The notes under the pieces were generated by a model. That model was given only the letters and a program-made list of their open reading frames with translations. It was not told the origin of the DNA and ran no database searches. Shown here piece after piece: positions 1-9,690 of a DNA stretch of 35,325 nt. How positions within the stretch are numbered: position 1 is the first letter of the stretch; each line of letters starts with the position of its first letter. The stretch is from Patescibacteria group bacterium (GTDB lineage: Bacteria; Patescibacteriota; Minisyncoccia; Minisyncoccales; CG1-02-41-26): assembly GCA_020724125.1 (NCBI GenBank), contig DYHM01000001.1:1-35325 (forward strand), in the 5' to 3' direction. The translations under genes were made by a program, and so were the position numbers.

Positions 1-1296
1 ATGATAGCAGATTTATCCTTGTTTTATAAGGGGAAAACTCCCCGACCCCTCAATTAATTCTAATCTACTAAATTTTACGAACAAAGAAAAATTATTTCAG
101 TTAAGAAGAAGGGTCAATGAATTATTTTTTAAAAAAAATTTATCAAAGAGAAAAATCATTAGAAAAGAAAAAGTGTCGTGTGGTTTCGTTATGAGCCGGA
201 CAAAATCATCAACTCAAGATCTTAAAAGAGACAACAGAGGGTGGCTTAAGGGTAAAAGAAGGAGATGGACCAAGAAAGACGAAGAGAAAATCCAAATAAT
301 CCATCAACAATTAAAGAACGATCCTTATCAGTTCTACATTGGTACTAGCGCTATTAACCAAGAATGGAGAAAGAAATATCCCGAAACACCTCTCTGTCAC
401 CCTTAAGAACAATCGGCCGTATTATGGCTGACTTAAAACTCTCTGGTAATAGAATGAAGAAAAAATCTAAAGGAGTAGCTCGCTATCTGTGTTATCCAGA
501 ACACACTATTTATACTCTTTTAGGCGGTAGAGTGTTGGATAAGACTTTATTGGCAGGAAATATGTTGCGGGCAGAACAGAACCCCTTAACTTCATTGTAT
601 TTTCTTTTAAGGAAGAGCTATAATTAGGCTATTTTAAGCGCGTAGAAGGACAAACAGTAGATAATTTTATTAAACAATCTGATTATTTCTTCAAGAAATT
701 TAAGAAACCAGATTTTATGAAAGTTGATAACGAGTTGGCAATAATCGGTTCAGTTTCAAGAAAAAGAAATATTTCTAAAGCAATGAGTTTTCTCTTGAGA
801 AATCAAGTCGTCCCCATCTTTACTGTGCCAAGGAGACCATTTTCCCAGGCCTCTATTAAAGGCAACAACAGTATCTTTGCCAGGAAGTTCTGGAATAGGA
901 TTGACTTTAAGTCAGTAGAAGAAGTTGATGAAAAATTAGAATGGTTTAACCTTGCATCTCAGAGATATACCGGTTATCAACCCCGCAAAAGCGAAGCCCG
1001 GAGATAAGAAAAAGTTTATCCCGAAAATATATTTTATCAGGCAGGTAAAAGAGGACAAAAAACAAACGGGTAAAGCTTTCATTGACGTCTTAAATGAGAA
1101 AGTATTTCTACCCAAACCCTACATTAACTACTTTATCTTAACTGAATGGAATCTTAAACAAGAACAACTTTACATCTATTTTGAAAAAGAACAAAAATCT
1201 AAAATGATTAAAAAACTATCATTCAAAATTAATCCAACATCGAAACAGAAGCGCTGCGATTTCATATTCAACCATAGAAATTATTTGATTTTTTGA
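1..1296 (+). mobile_element. Decayed IS copy: DDE/integrase-core type transposase broken into four frame-shifted pieces (173-406, 364-627, 717-1007, 952-1296)
   Basis: Four consecutive + strand ORFs lie in three different frames and read as one protein. There is a basic N-terminal region. Piece 717-1007 has KVDNELAI (DNG-like) and PRRPFSQASIKGNNSIF (integrase-core P..P..Q..E-like) motifs, followed by a C-terminal tail. The first ~60 nt recur inverted at 35150-35209. Confidence 0.5.
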
Positions 1297-2663
1297 GATT
1301 TGAGTTTTGAGTTTTTATTAGACTTAAACATAAGGTTTTTTAATTCTTCGCGAACCACTAATCTATCGTCCCACGGAATATGTTTTTCTTTAACAATCAT
1401 TGATTGTTCAGCGCCTTTGCCAGTAATTAAAACAATGTCATCAGGCTTGGCTAAAGATAAAGCTTTTCTGATTCCTTGTCTTCTATCTTCAATAACAAAA
1501 AGATTTTTTTGACGAATTTTTCCAGATTTCTCAGCCCCCCTAGCAATGTCTTCCAAAATTTCCTTAGGATCGTCATTGCAAGGATCTTCATTGCTAACTA
1601 TTACCTCGTCAGCCATTTTCGCCGCTGATTCACCCATTATTGGCCGTTTTGTCATATCCCTTCCGCCGCCCATCGCGCCTAATAAAATAATTATTTTAGA
1701 AAAAGGACTTTTCATTTCCTTGGCGGTCTCTAAAACATTAGTTAAACTTTCTTTTTCATGAGCATAATCAACAAAAACTCTAAAATTTTGACCATCATTT
1801 ATTTCTTCCAATCTGCCGGGAATGCCTTTTAATTCTTTTAATCCTTTATTTATTAAAAAATCGGGTATTCCTATCCATTGACCGATTATTATTCCCGGCA
1901 AGGCATTATAGACATTAAATCGGCCCGGCATTTCAATTTTAAAGACCGACCCCAAAACTTGAAATTTAAAGCCCAAATTTGTTTTCTCTATATTCTCAGC
2001 CATATAATCCGCCTCCTGAAAAATGCTAAATGTTATTTTTTTATCGGCTGGAAAATTTAAAAAATAATCAGCATGCTCGCTATCTTTATTAACAATTATG
2101 AGCTTTTCAATTTTCTTGGTTTTAATAGTTTTTCTGTCTTGATTTAGCGATTCAAATAATTTCCCCTTTGCTTTTTTATACTTTTCAAAACTTCCATCGT
2201 GAGCAAGAAGGTGTTCGGGCGAAAGATTGGTAAGAACAGCAACATCATAACAAAGACCAAGATGTCTATATTGTTTTATTCCCTCAGACGTTGTTTCAAT
2301 TACGCAATATTGACAATCGGCCCTTAACATTTGGTTAAGAATTTTTTGAAGATCAAAACGACCGGGCATAGACCTGCGCCATTTATTCAAAATTTCCTGG
2401 GTTCCAATCCGAATGTTGACTGTGCTAATAATTCCTGTTTTATAACCGCCAGCAGTCAGGCAGGCCCAGATAAAATTAACGGTTGAGGTTTTTCCCTTGG
2501 TTCCAGTAACGCCAATTACAATCATCTTTTTGGCTGGAAAATTATAAAGAATTGGTCCAAGAACCGCTAAAAAATAATGATACCAGGAAAAAATTTGTTT
2601 GGGAACAAATTTTTGGAGAATTTTTTTTAATTGAGCAAACAACATTGACAATGTAAGAAACAA
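1281..2663 (-). CDS. Mur ligase family protein, MurE-like UDP-N-acetylmuramoyl-tripeptide synthetase
   Basis: 460 aa with the GVTGTKGKTST P-loop typical of Mur ligases, DYAHEKESL, and a degenerate MurE DNPR-like SNEDP..DDP segment. The last codons (..KNSKLKSQKIK) are encoded by a repeat shared with 22971-22996. Confidence 0.75.
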   Translation of the reverse strand: MFLTLSMLFAQLKKILQKFVPKQIFSWYHYFLAVLGPILYNFPAKKMIVIGVTGTKGKTSTVNFIWACLTAGGYKTGIISTVNIRIGTQEILNKWRRSMPGRFDLQKILNQMLRADCQYCVIETTSEGIKQYRHLGLCYDVAVLTNLSPEHLLAHDGSFEKYKKAKGKLFESLNQDRKTIKTKKIEKLIIVNKDSEHADYFLNFPADKKITFSIFQEADYMAENIEKTNLGFKFQVLGSVFKIEMPGRFNVYNALPGIIIGQWIGIPDFLINKGLKELKGIPGRLEEINDGQNFRVFVDYAHEKESLTNVLETAKEMKSPFSKIIILLGAMGGGRDMTKRPIMGESAAKMADEVIVSNEDPCNDDPKEILEDIARGAEKSGKIRQKNLFVIEDRRQGIRKALSLAKPDDIVLITGKGAEQSMIVKEKHIPWDDRLVVREELKNLMFKSNKNSKLKSQKIK

Positions 2664-2898
2664 GATAATTTTTAGAAGGTATTATTGGTATATTTTTATT
2701 GTTTTTAAAAAATATCTAAGAGCAATAAAAGACCTATTGTTATCCAAAAAACAATGAAACTCCCAACCGCCCCAAGGGGCAGGGTTTTAAAAACAATTAA
2801 AAGGTTCTACTTTAATAATTTTTATAATTTCTGTAGAAGTAGATATCTCTTGTTCTTGAGGAATAGCTTGAGGAATCTCTGGTTCTATTCTTTCTTTT

Positions 2899-3036
2899 TT
2901 AATCTCCATTGTCTCCTTTCTTTTCTGTTGCTTTTCTCTTTATCAGGTTTTCATTTATCGCCCAACCCGCTGAAACCAAAAGGATTATTGCTAATAAAAG
3001 AATTATTCCTTTAATTATTGTTTGTTTTTTAAACAT
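2899..3036 (-). CDS. Possible small membrane protein (45 aa)
   Basis: Below the ORF-track length cutoff. The ATG at 3036 has AGGAGTG 7 nt upstream. Translation is MFKKQTIIKGIILLLAIILLVSAGWAINENLIKRKATEKKGDNGD, with one hydrophobic helix. An overlapping shifted frame continues for another 41 aa, so a frameshift is possible. Confidence 0.3.
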   Translation of the reverse strand: MFKKQTIIKGIILLLAIILLVSAGWAINENLIKRKATEKKGDNGD

Positions 3037-3110
3037 AATTTTTCACTCCTAATTTTTAAAATCTTATTTATTATATCACTTTAACTATTTTTGCGTCAAT
3101 CTTTATTTGA

Positions 3111-3308
3111 AATCAAATCTTAAAAATTCAGCAATTAGGCTACACCACTCCCAAGGAATTCTGTCTTTTCCCAACCTTAATTTTAGATCGTTTAGTTAAT
3201 CTTCCAGAAATTCTAAATTACCCTAAAAGTATTCAGGAACATCTTAACTATGACCATTTAGCCTCAAATTATCGGAAATTCGGGTTAATTCACCTTAAAA
3301 ATTTGTAA
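3111..3308 (+). pseudogene. Transposase C-terminal remnant with no start codon
   Basis: The open frame reads ..KIQQLGYTTPKEFCLFPTLILDRL..GLIHLKNL*. The LGYxTPxEF motif is the usual C-terminal signature of integrase-core transposases. No upstream catalytic part is present. Confidence 0.35.
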
Positions 3309-3325
3309 TACTTCATTTTAAACTC

Positions 3326-3353
3326 TTGACAAGTATCTTGGGTAAGATACAAT
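3326..3353 (+). promoter_or_regulatory. Sigma-70-like promoter (TTGACA-16 nt-TACAAT)
   Basis: TTGACA at 3326-3331 and TACAAT at 3348-3353, about 50 nt upstream of the ATG at 3405. Confidence 0.55.
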
Positions 3354-3404
3354 CCTTTCTATAAAAAAGGTCGCTATAATTTAAAATTAGAATTAAATCA
3401 ATCT

Positions 3405-3626
3405 ATGAATTTTGAAATTTTGTCATTTGCTACTAAACACGACTGCGGACTCGCTCGCCCGGTAGTTACCAGCCAAGACGACGAGTTGGATATTGGTAAT
3501 GATGATGCTCATACAACGACCTTGCCTAAAGAAGAAGAAGAAGAAGAAGAAGAAATCCCCGAAACTGAAACGCCCGTAACCCCGGTAACCGAAGAACCCG
3601 ACGAAATATCCGACGAAGACTACTAA
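3405..3626 (+). CDS. Small, highly acidic low-complexity protein (73 aa), function unknown
   Basis: The ORF is framed by a consensus-like promoter and a strong terminator. It contains a perfect (GAA)8 run at 3531-3554 (poly-E) and an E/D/P/T-rich tail. It also carries the 11-mer gctcgcccggt (3453-3463), shared with the palindromic element at 26299. Confidence 0.4.
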   Translation: MNFEILSFATKHDCGLARPVVTSQDDELDIGNDDAHTTTLPKEEEEEEEEIPETETPVTPVTEEPDEISDEDY

Positions 3627-3640
3627 TAAAGAATCTTATG

Positions 3641-3674
3641 AAAAACCCCCTATAAAAAGGGGGTTTTTATTTTA
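3641..3674 (+). terminator. Rho-independent terminator
   Basis: aaaaaccccc-tataaaaa-gggggttttt hairpin followed by a T-run (tttttatttt). Confidence 0.8.
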
Positions 3675-3721
3675 ATCAATCAAGATATAATAATAAGAGT
3701 AAAGGTTAAAAATAACTAAAA

Positions 3722-5824
3722 ATGATTCCTTCTAAAACAAAACCCAAAAAGTCTAAAAAAAAGACCGGATTTCTTGTTCAAATTTTTCGCTTTTTTGCTG
3801 TTTTTTTTCTTGGTTTAATAATTTTTATTGTTGGTTTTCTAGTTTACTGTTTAAAAGATTTCCCAAGGCCGGAAAAATTCACCGAAGGAATTATTAGTCA
3901 GCCGACAAAAATTTACGACCGCGATGGAAAAATAGTTCTATATGAAATTATTGGAGAAGAAAAAAGAACCATTGTTTCCTTATCTGAAATTCCTGAATTT
4001 CTTAAACAAGCCGTTATTGTTATTGAAGATAAAAATTTTCCCCGCCACCGAGGCATAGATTTTAAAGCCATAATCCGCGCTATAATTTCCGACTTAAAAA
4101 TAGGCAAGTTAAAAGAAGGAGCTTCAACCATTACCCAACAAATGATTCGAACTTATTATCTGACCCGAAAAAAAACCTTAACCAGAAAAACCAAAGAAAT
4201 AATTTTATCTCTGGAGTTAGAAAAACGACATTCTAAAGACCAAATTTTAGAATGGTATTTAAATCTTATTCCTTTTGGTTCAAATATCTATGGTGTTGAA
4301 ACAGCCTCTCAATCTTTTTTTGGCAAAAAAGTTTCCGATATTTCCATAGCCGAGGCGGCAATCTTAGCAGCCATGATTAAAGCGCCTTCTTATTTTTCTC
4401 CTTATGGTCCAAATCTAAGCGAATTATTAAAAAGAAAAGACTATGTTTTAGAAGTAATGGTTAAAACAAAACATCTAAATAAAGAACAAGCCGAGCAAGC
4501 CAAAAAAGAAAAACTTATTTTTCAACCGCATATTTCCCATCTTAAAACTCCTCATTTTGTCTTTTTAATAAAAGATTATTTAGAAAAAGAATATAGCCAA
4601 GATTTTTTAACCAGAAAAGGATTAAGGGTCTATACCACCCTGGATTATAAAATTCAGGAAACAGCTGAAAAATTATTAAAAAAAAGATTGGAAGAAATAG
4701 AAATTTATAATGTTCATAATGGCGGATTAATAATTACCCAGCCCGAAACAGGCGAAATCTTAGCCCTGGTTGGTTCAAGGGATTATTTTGGCAAGCCCCT
4801 TCCCGAAGGATGCCAGCCGGGCATAAATTGTAAATTTGACCCCTATACTAACACTGTTCTATCAATAAGACAACCCGGCTCAGCCTTTAAACCCTTTGTT
4901 TACGCTCGAGCGTTTTTAAAAAACTATACCCCCCAAACCATACTTTGGGATGTAAAAACCGAATTTAATCTTTATTGTTCGTCAGACGCTAATCAATCCC
5001 GAGGAAAAAATAATAGTAAATGTTATCATCCCCAAAATTATGACGGCAAGTATTTAGGGCCAATAAACTTAAAATCCTCCCTTGCTCAATCGCGAAACAT
5101 TCCCTCGGTAAAACTTTTATATTTAACTGGTTTAAATGATGTCTTAAATTTTGTAAAAGATTTTGGAATTACCACCTTAACCGAAAGAGAAAAATATGGA
5201 CTCTCTTTGGTTTTGGGCGGCGGAGGGGTAAAACTTTTAGAAATGGTAGAAGGTTATGGCGTTTTTGCCAATAATGGCCTAAGGGTCCCATTGAATTTTA
5301 TAAAAAAAATAGAAGATGCAAACGGAAACATTCTTAAAGAAGATAAATCCCATACCTCTATCAGAATTATCCCTTCATGGGTGGCTTATGAAATAAATGA
5401 TATTTTATCCGACAACGAAGCTCGAGCGCCGGTTTTTGGCTGGAATTCTCCTTTATATTTAGAAAATTATCAGGCCAGCGTTAAAACTGGGACGTCTCAG
5501 GACCACCGAGACGGCTGGATAATTGGTTATACCCCATCCTTAATGGTTGGTATTTGGATAGGAAATAACAATAATTCTCCCTTTAAACAAAAACCAGCCG
5601 TAAGTTTGGTTGGGCCTCTTTGGAAAGAGCTTATGGAAATAATTTTAAGCGATTATTTTCAAAAACAAAAAAAATTTATTTCCCCCTTAAAAAGAATTAC
5701 AGGCATTCCCGTTTTAGACGGCGAACCGCCTGAAAGCCATTCTATTTTATACTACCTTAATCCTAACGATTCTTCTTATTTTCATTGGGAAAAAGGAGTG
5801 ATTAATTTCCTAAATAAAAATTAA
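3722..5824 (+). CDS. Class A penicillin-binding protein (GT51 transglycosylase plus transpeptidase), PBP1A-like
   Basis: N-terminal TM helix. GT51 motifs EDKNFPRHRGID and GASTITQQ. Transpeptidase motifs SAFKP (SxxK), SRN and KTGT. Confidence 0.9.
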   Translation: MIPSKTKPKKSKKKTGFLVQIFRFFAVFFLGLIIFIVGFLVYCLKDFPRPEKFTEGIISQPTKIYDRDGKIVLYEIIGEEKRTIVSLSEIPEFLKQAVIVIEDKNFPRHRGIDFKAIIRAIISDLKIGKLKEGASTITQQMIRTYYLTRKKTLTRKTKEIILSLELEKRHSKDQILEWYLNLIPFGSNIYGVETASQSFFGKKVSDISIAEAAILAAMIKAPSYFSPYGPNLSELLKRKDYVLEVMVKTKHLNKEQAEQAKKEKLIFQPHISHLKTPHFVFLIKDYLEKEYSQDFLTRKGLRVYTTLDYKIQETAEKLLKKRLEEIEIYNVHNGGLIITQPETGEILALVGSRDYFGKPLPEGCQPGINCKFDPYTNTVLSIRQPGSAFKPFVYARAFLKNYTPQTILWDVKTEFNLYCSSDANQSRGKNNSKCYHPQNYDGKYLGPINLKSSLAQSRNIPSVKLLYLTGLNDVLNFVKDFGITTLTEREKYGLSLVLGGGGVKLLEMVEGYGVFANNGLRVPLNFIKKIEDANGNILKEDKSHTSIRIIPSWVAYEINDILSDNEARAPVFGWNSPLYLENYQASVKTGTSQDHRDGWIIGYTPSLMVGIWIGNNNNSPFKQKPAVSLVGPLWKELMEIILSDYFQKQKKFISPLKRITGIPVLDGEPPESHSILYYLNPNDSSYFHWEKGVINFLNKN

Positions 5825-6951
5825 ATTTTAATCGGCATTAAAACATAAAGATAACTCTCATCTCCAATTGGCGTTATTACCATTGCGTTTTCTTCGTCGG
5901 TAAAATTAAATTTAACCTCAGCGCTTTTAAAATTATTCAAACCATCTATTAAAAACCTGCAATTAAAAGAAATTTCTAATTCTTTATCTATTTTTTCCTC
6001 TATTTTTATAGGCAGATAAACCTCATTCTTTCCTATTTCCGGACTTTGAGAAAGAATTTTTAATTTATTTTCTTTTGGAAAAATAGTAAATTTAACCTCA
6101 GAGGTTTTTCCGGTAAAAAGATTAACTGTTTTTAAATAATTTCGAATTTCTTCTTTATCTATAATAATTTGAGCTGTATATTTCTTGGGGATAATATCTT
6201 GATAATTAGGGTACTCTCCTTCTATTAAAGATGAAGAAAAAAGGATTTCCGGATAAGAAAATTCTTCCCCTTTCCATTCAAATAATACCTGTCTAGGACT
6301 ATAATAAAATTTAAATTTCATTTGTCTTAAAGAAAGAATATTTATTAAATCCCTAACCACTATTTGAGGAAGAATAAAAGAAAAATCCTTTTTTATTTTT
6401 TCCTCTAAATTAATAGTTTTACAACCTAAACGGATACAATCAGTTGCTGCTATTTCTAATTTATTTTTATTAAATGAAAAATAAATTCCAGAAATTTCAG
6501 GTTTTATTCGAGACATTAAAGGAATATTAATAAGTTGATTTAATCCTTGAAGTAGAATATTTCCATTTAATTCTATAAAATCTTCTATTATAATTTCAGG
6601 AATAATAACAAAATCATCTAAATTACTTCCTTGAATTTTTATTTCTTGATTTTCTGTTTTTAAAATTAAACTTCCACCTTCTGATTCTAATTTAATTATT
6701 TCTTTTTTAAAAAAACTAATTACTGATTTTAAAAAAGAAACTGGCATTAATAATTTACCTTCTTTTTTAATTTTACTTAAAATTCGCCAAACAATACTTG
6801 TTTCTAAATTAGTGGCGCTTAATTTTAAAAAATTTTTTTCTGTTTCTAATAAAACATTATTTAAAATAGAAAGGGTGGTGCCTCTTTTTATTATAGGTTC
6901 AATAATTAATAATGATTGATTTAATTTATCTTTAAAAATATTTAATTCCAT
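5821..6951 (-). CDS. dnaN: DNA polymerase III beta sliding clamp
   Basis: 376 aa located directly downstream of dnaA. The N-terminus has the typical clamp pattern (..L..L......I..R.T.P.L..VLLE....L.L.ATNLE). Confidence 0.85.
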   Translation of the reverse strand: MELNIFKDKLNQSLLIIEPIIKRGTTLSILNNVLLETEKNFLKLSATNLETSIVWRILSKIKKEGKLLMPVSFLKSVISFFKKEIIKLESEGGSLILKTENQEIKIQGSNLDDFVIIPEIIIEDFIELNGNILLQGLNQLINIPLMSRIKPEISGIYFSFNKNKLEIAATDCIRLGCKTINLEEKIKKDFSFILPQIVVRDLINILSLRQMKFKFYYSPRQVLFEWKGEEFSYPEILFSSSLIEGEYPNYQDIIPKKYTAQIIIDKEEIRNYLKTVNLFTGKTSEVKFTIFPKENKLKILSQSPEIGKNEVYLPIKIEEKIDKELEISFNCRFLIDGLNNFKSAEVKFNFTDEENAMVITPIGDESYLYVLMPIKI

Positions 6952-7217
6952 AATAATATTAATAATTTTTATAATTTATTATTATAATATATATTTATAT
7001 ATAATATTTTTTAAAATATAAAAATATAAATTTAATTAAATTTATATTTAAAATTTAATTAAAAGATGTTTTTTAAAAAAAATAATAAGTTGTTAAAAAA
7101 TTTTTAATAAAATTTTATTTATTTTAATAAAACTTTTGGATAATTTATTTTTAATAATTTTTATTAAAAATTATTACCTTTATTTTTTATAATTTTCCCT
7201 ATTTTATCCTATTTTTA
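6952..7217. other. Candidate oriC / DNA-unwinding region in the dnaA-dnaN spacer
   Basis: 266 nt of almost pure A/T between dnaA and dnaN. DnaA-box-like 9-mers: TTATCCAAA (minus strand, 7135-7143, 1 mismatch to TTATCCACA) and TTATCCTAT (7204-7212, 2 mismatches). Confidence 0.5.
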
Positions 7218-8582
7218 TTATAAAAGATAAAATTTTTGACGAATTAAATTAATTTCCGATAATAATTCTTCGCTTTCTTTTATTTCTTTATCTATTTTAG
7301 ACCAGGAATAAATAACAGTTGTGTGATCTTTACCTTTAAATCTTCTTCCAATTGAGGGAAAGGATTCTTTTGACTCCTCTCTTAAAAGATACATCGCAAT
7401 TTGTCTTGGTTTGACAATTTCTTTTCTTCTGGTAGTTGATAAAAATTCTTCTTCTTTTAAATCATAAAAATCACAAACAGTTTTTATAATTTTTTTAAAA
7501 TTAACTTTCCTTTTAGGGGGATTAAATAAATTCCTTAAAAGTTGTTTTGTGGTTTCTAAATCTGGTATTTTATTGTGTATTCTTTTAAAGAAAATTATTT
7601 TATTTAAAGCTCCCTCTAATTCTCTAATATTACTTCTAATGTTTAAAGCAATATATTCTAAAATTTCTTTTTTAAACTCTATATTTTTTTCATTAGCTTT
7701 TGCTTTTAAAATAGCCATTCTAGTTTCTAAATCGGGAATTCCAATATCAACCATCATTCCTCCCTCGAGTCGCGATCTTAATCTTTCTTCTAATCCAGCA
7801 ATTGCTTTTGGAGAAGCGTCAGATGAGATAATGATTTGTTTTTGTCCTTGTTGAAGAAGATTAAAAATATAAAAAAATTGTTCCTGCGATTTTTCTTTAC
7901 CGGTAAAAAATTGAATATCATCAGTAATTAAAATATCAATATTATTAAATTCTTTTTTAAAAACATCTATTTTTTGTTGCATAATTGCTTCTATAATATC
8001 TGCGACAAATTTTTCACAAGGGATATATTTAATTCTTTTTTCAGGGAATAGCTCTTTTAATCGATTGCCGGTAGCTTGAAGAAGATGGGTTTTTCCTAAC
8101 CCTACTCCTCCGTAAATAAATAAGGGATTATAAAGAATGCCGGGTTTTTCTGAAATAGCGTAAGATGCGGCTTGAGCCATTTGGTTAAAACCACCAACAA
8201 TAAAATTATCAAAGGTATAACAAGGATTGAGGTTGGTTTTGGTATCTACCTCTAATTTTAATGGTAAAGAATATGAATCCGCAATTTCTTTATTGATTGA
8301 AATATCTAAATTTTTAGTTTCAGAAAATTGTTTTTTATGGTCATTAATAAGAAAGCTGATATTTTTTATTTCAGAATCTAAACTTCTTAAAATTTTTAAT
8401 ATTAAAGAAGAATATTTTTTATCTAACCACTCTTTGGTAAAAGAATTTTCCACCAAAACCAAAACTTCCCCGTTTTTTTTAGAAAAAATTTTAGTGTTTT
8501 TAAACCAAGTGGCAAAATTAGCTCTGGAAATAGAAAATTGGATTTGAGCTAAAACTGTTTGCCAAAGCTCTTCATTGTTCAT
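7218..8582 (-). CDS. dnaA: Chromosomal replication initiator protein DnaA
   Basis: 454 aa with Walker A GGVGLGKTHL, Walker B ILITDDIQF, and a C-terminal DNA-binding signature (KDHTTVIYSWSKI). Confidence 0.95.
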   Translation of the reverse strand: MNNEELWQTVLAQIQFSISRANFATWFKNTKIFSKKNGEVLVLVENSFTKEWLDKKYSSLILKILRSLDSEIKNISFLINDHKKQFSETKNLDISINKEIADSYSLPLKLEVDTKTNLNPCYTFDNFIVGGFNQMAQAASYAISEKPGILYNPLFIYGGVGLGKTHLLQATGNRLKELFPEKRIKYIPCEKFVADIIEAIMQQKIDVFKKEFNNIDILITDDIQFFTGKEKSQEQFFYIFNLLQQGQKQIIISSDASPKAIAGLEERLRSRLEGGMMVDIGIPDLETRMAILKAKANEKNIEFKKEILEYIALNIRSNIRELEGALNKIIFFKRIHNKIPDLETTKQLLRNLFNPPKRKVNFKKIIKTVCDFYDLKEEEFLSTTRRKEIVKPRQIAMYLLREESKESFPSIGRRFKGKDHTTVIYSWSKIDKEIKESEELLSEINLIRQKFYLL

Positions 8583-8797
8583 AAGTAAATAACTTGAAAA
8601 ATTAAAATATAAGAATATGATAAGGGTGTGTTAAAATTTCCTTACTGATTTTTTTTAATTAGCGTTGATTCGGGTAAAAAAGATATTACACGAATTATTC
8701 AATAGTCTAATGATATAAAATAAAAGATATAAAGATTATGAATAAATTATTATCATAATGCAAATTAGTTAAAAAATCAACACAAAAAGGGAATTTG

Positions 8798-8826
8798 TTG
8801 AAAAAATGGGAATAACCTGTTAAAAT
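8798..8826 (+). promoter_or_regulatory. Promoter of rpmH (TTGAAA-17 nt-TGtTAAAAT, extended -10)
   Basis: TTGAAA at 8798-8803, TG at 8818-8819, TAAAAT at 8821-8826. The -10 element ends 6 nt before the rpmH ATG. Confidence 0.45.
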
Positions 8827-8832
8827 TTAATT

Positions 8833-8967
8833 ATGAGCATTACCTATCAACCAAAAAAGAAAAAAAGAAAAAGAAGTCATGGTTTTTTAACAAGGAGCAG
8901 GACCAAATTAGGAAGAAAGATTATTTCTCAAAGGAGAAGAAAAAAAAGACAAAAATTAACTATTTAG
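8833..8967 (+). CDS. rpmH: 50S ribosomal protein L34
   Basis: Not in the ORF track (44 aa). Translation is [44 protein letters not shown], the classic L34 pattern. It is divergent from dnaA and upstream of rnpA. Confidence 0.9.
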   Translation: MSITYQPKKKKRKRSHGFLTRSRTKLGRKIISQRRRKKRQKLTI

Positions 8968-8985
8968 GTTTATATTGATTTTTTT

Positions 8986-9360
8986 GTGTTGCCAAGATTA
9001 AATAGATTAAAAAAAGGAAAAGATTTTAAACTAATAATTACCCAGGGGAAAGTCATAAAAGAGAATTTTTTATTTTTTAAAAAAATAGAAAACGATTTAG
9101 GATATTCAAGAATAGGATTTATTGTTTCTCAAAAGATTTCTAAAAAAGCAGTAGTAAGAAATAAAATAAAAAGAAGACTTCGGGAAATAATAAGATTAAA
9201 ATTACCGATAATTAAACCGGGCTATGATTTTGTTTTTTTTGCTAAAAAAGGAATAGAAAATAAAAAGTTTCCTGAATTAAAAAAAACAGTTGAGAACCTG
9301 ATTAGAAAAGCAAGACTGATAAATGTAAGAAAAAACAATGAGCTCATCCCAAAACATTAA
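8986..9360 (+). CDS. rnpA: Ribonuclease P protein component
   Basis: 124 aa with a GTG start, a basic sequence and the RNR-like motif (KKAVVRNKIKRRLREIIR). It sits immediately after rpmH. Confidence 0.85.
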   Translation: MLPRLNRLKKGKDFKLIITQGKVIKENFLFFKKIENDLGYSRIGFIVSQKISKKAVVRNKIKRRLREIIRLKLPIIKPGYDFVFFAKKGIENKKFPELKKTVENLIRKARLINVRKNNELIPKH

Positions 9361-9462
9361 TTTTGCGTTATAATAAAAGAAATTAAAAGGTCGAAATAAA
9401 CAATTGCCAACAAAACTAATTTAATTTCTTTTATAATAACAGAAACAAGAAAGTCATATAAT

Positions 9463-9690
9463 TCAGATTTAACCGACAAACAATGGAAAAGAATTGAACC
9501 GTTATTGCCCAAACCAGCCAAAACAGGTAGGCCGAGAAGTGACGACCGAGAAGCCATTAATGGAATCCTCTATGTACTCTCTACTGGCTGCCGTTGGAAA
9601 GATATGCCGCACGATATTGATACTTCTCCCTCAACCAGCAATCGTCGTTTATTAAAGATGTTGTTTAATAAAGTTTTTTGTGAATTTTAG
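9463..9690 (+). pseudogene. IS5-family (DUF4096-type N-terminus) transposase fragment
   Basis: Reads SDLTDKQWKRIEPLLPKPAKTGRPRSDDREAINGILYVLSTGCRWKDMP, the conserved N-terminal module of IS5/IS427-group transposases. There is no ATG, it ends after about 75 codons, and no DDE domain follows. Confidence 0.6.

Noticed and set aside
2754-3014. Plus-strand 86-aa ORF
   Set aside because: It has no ribosome-binding site and a low-complexity, F/L-rich translation. It is antisense to a better small-ORF candidate that has an AGGAG site (2899-3036).
8583-8832. DnaA-box cluster upstream of dnaA
   Set aside because: Only weak partial matches were found (for example ttatcataa). None is within two mismatches of TTATCCACA, so no boxes are called here.
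9357-9557. Minus-strand 66-aa ORF after rnpA
   Set aside because: It is antisense to the IS5-like fragment, whose + strand translation carries a recognisable conserved motif.
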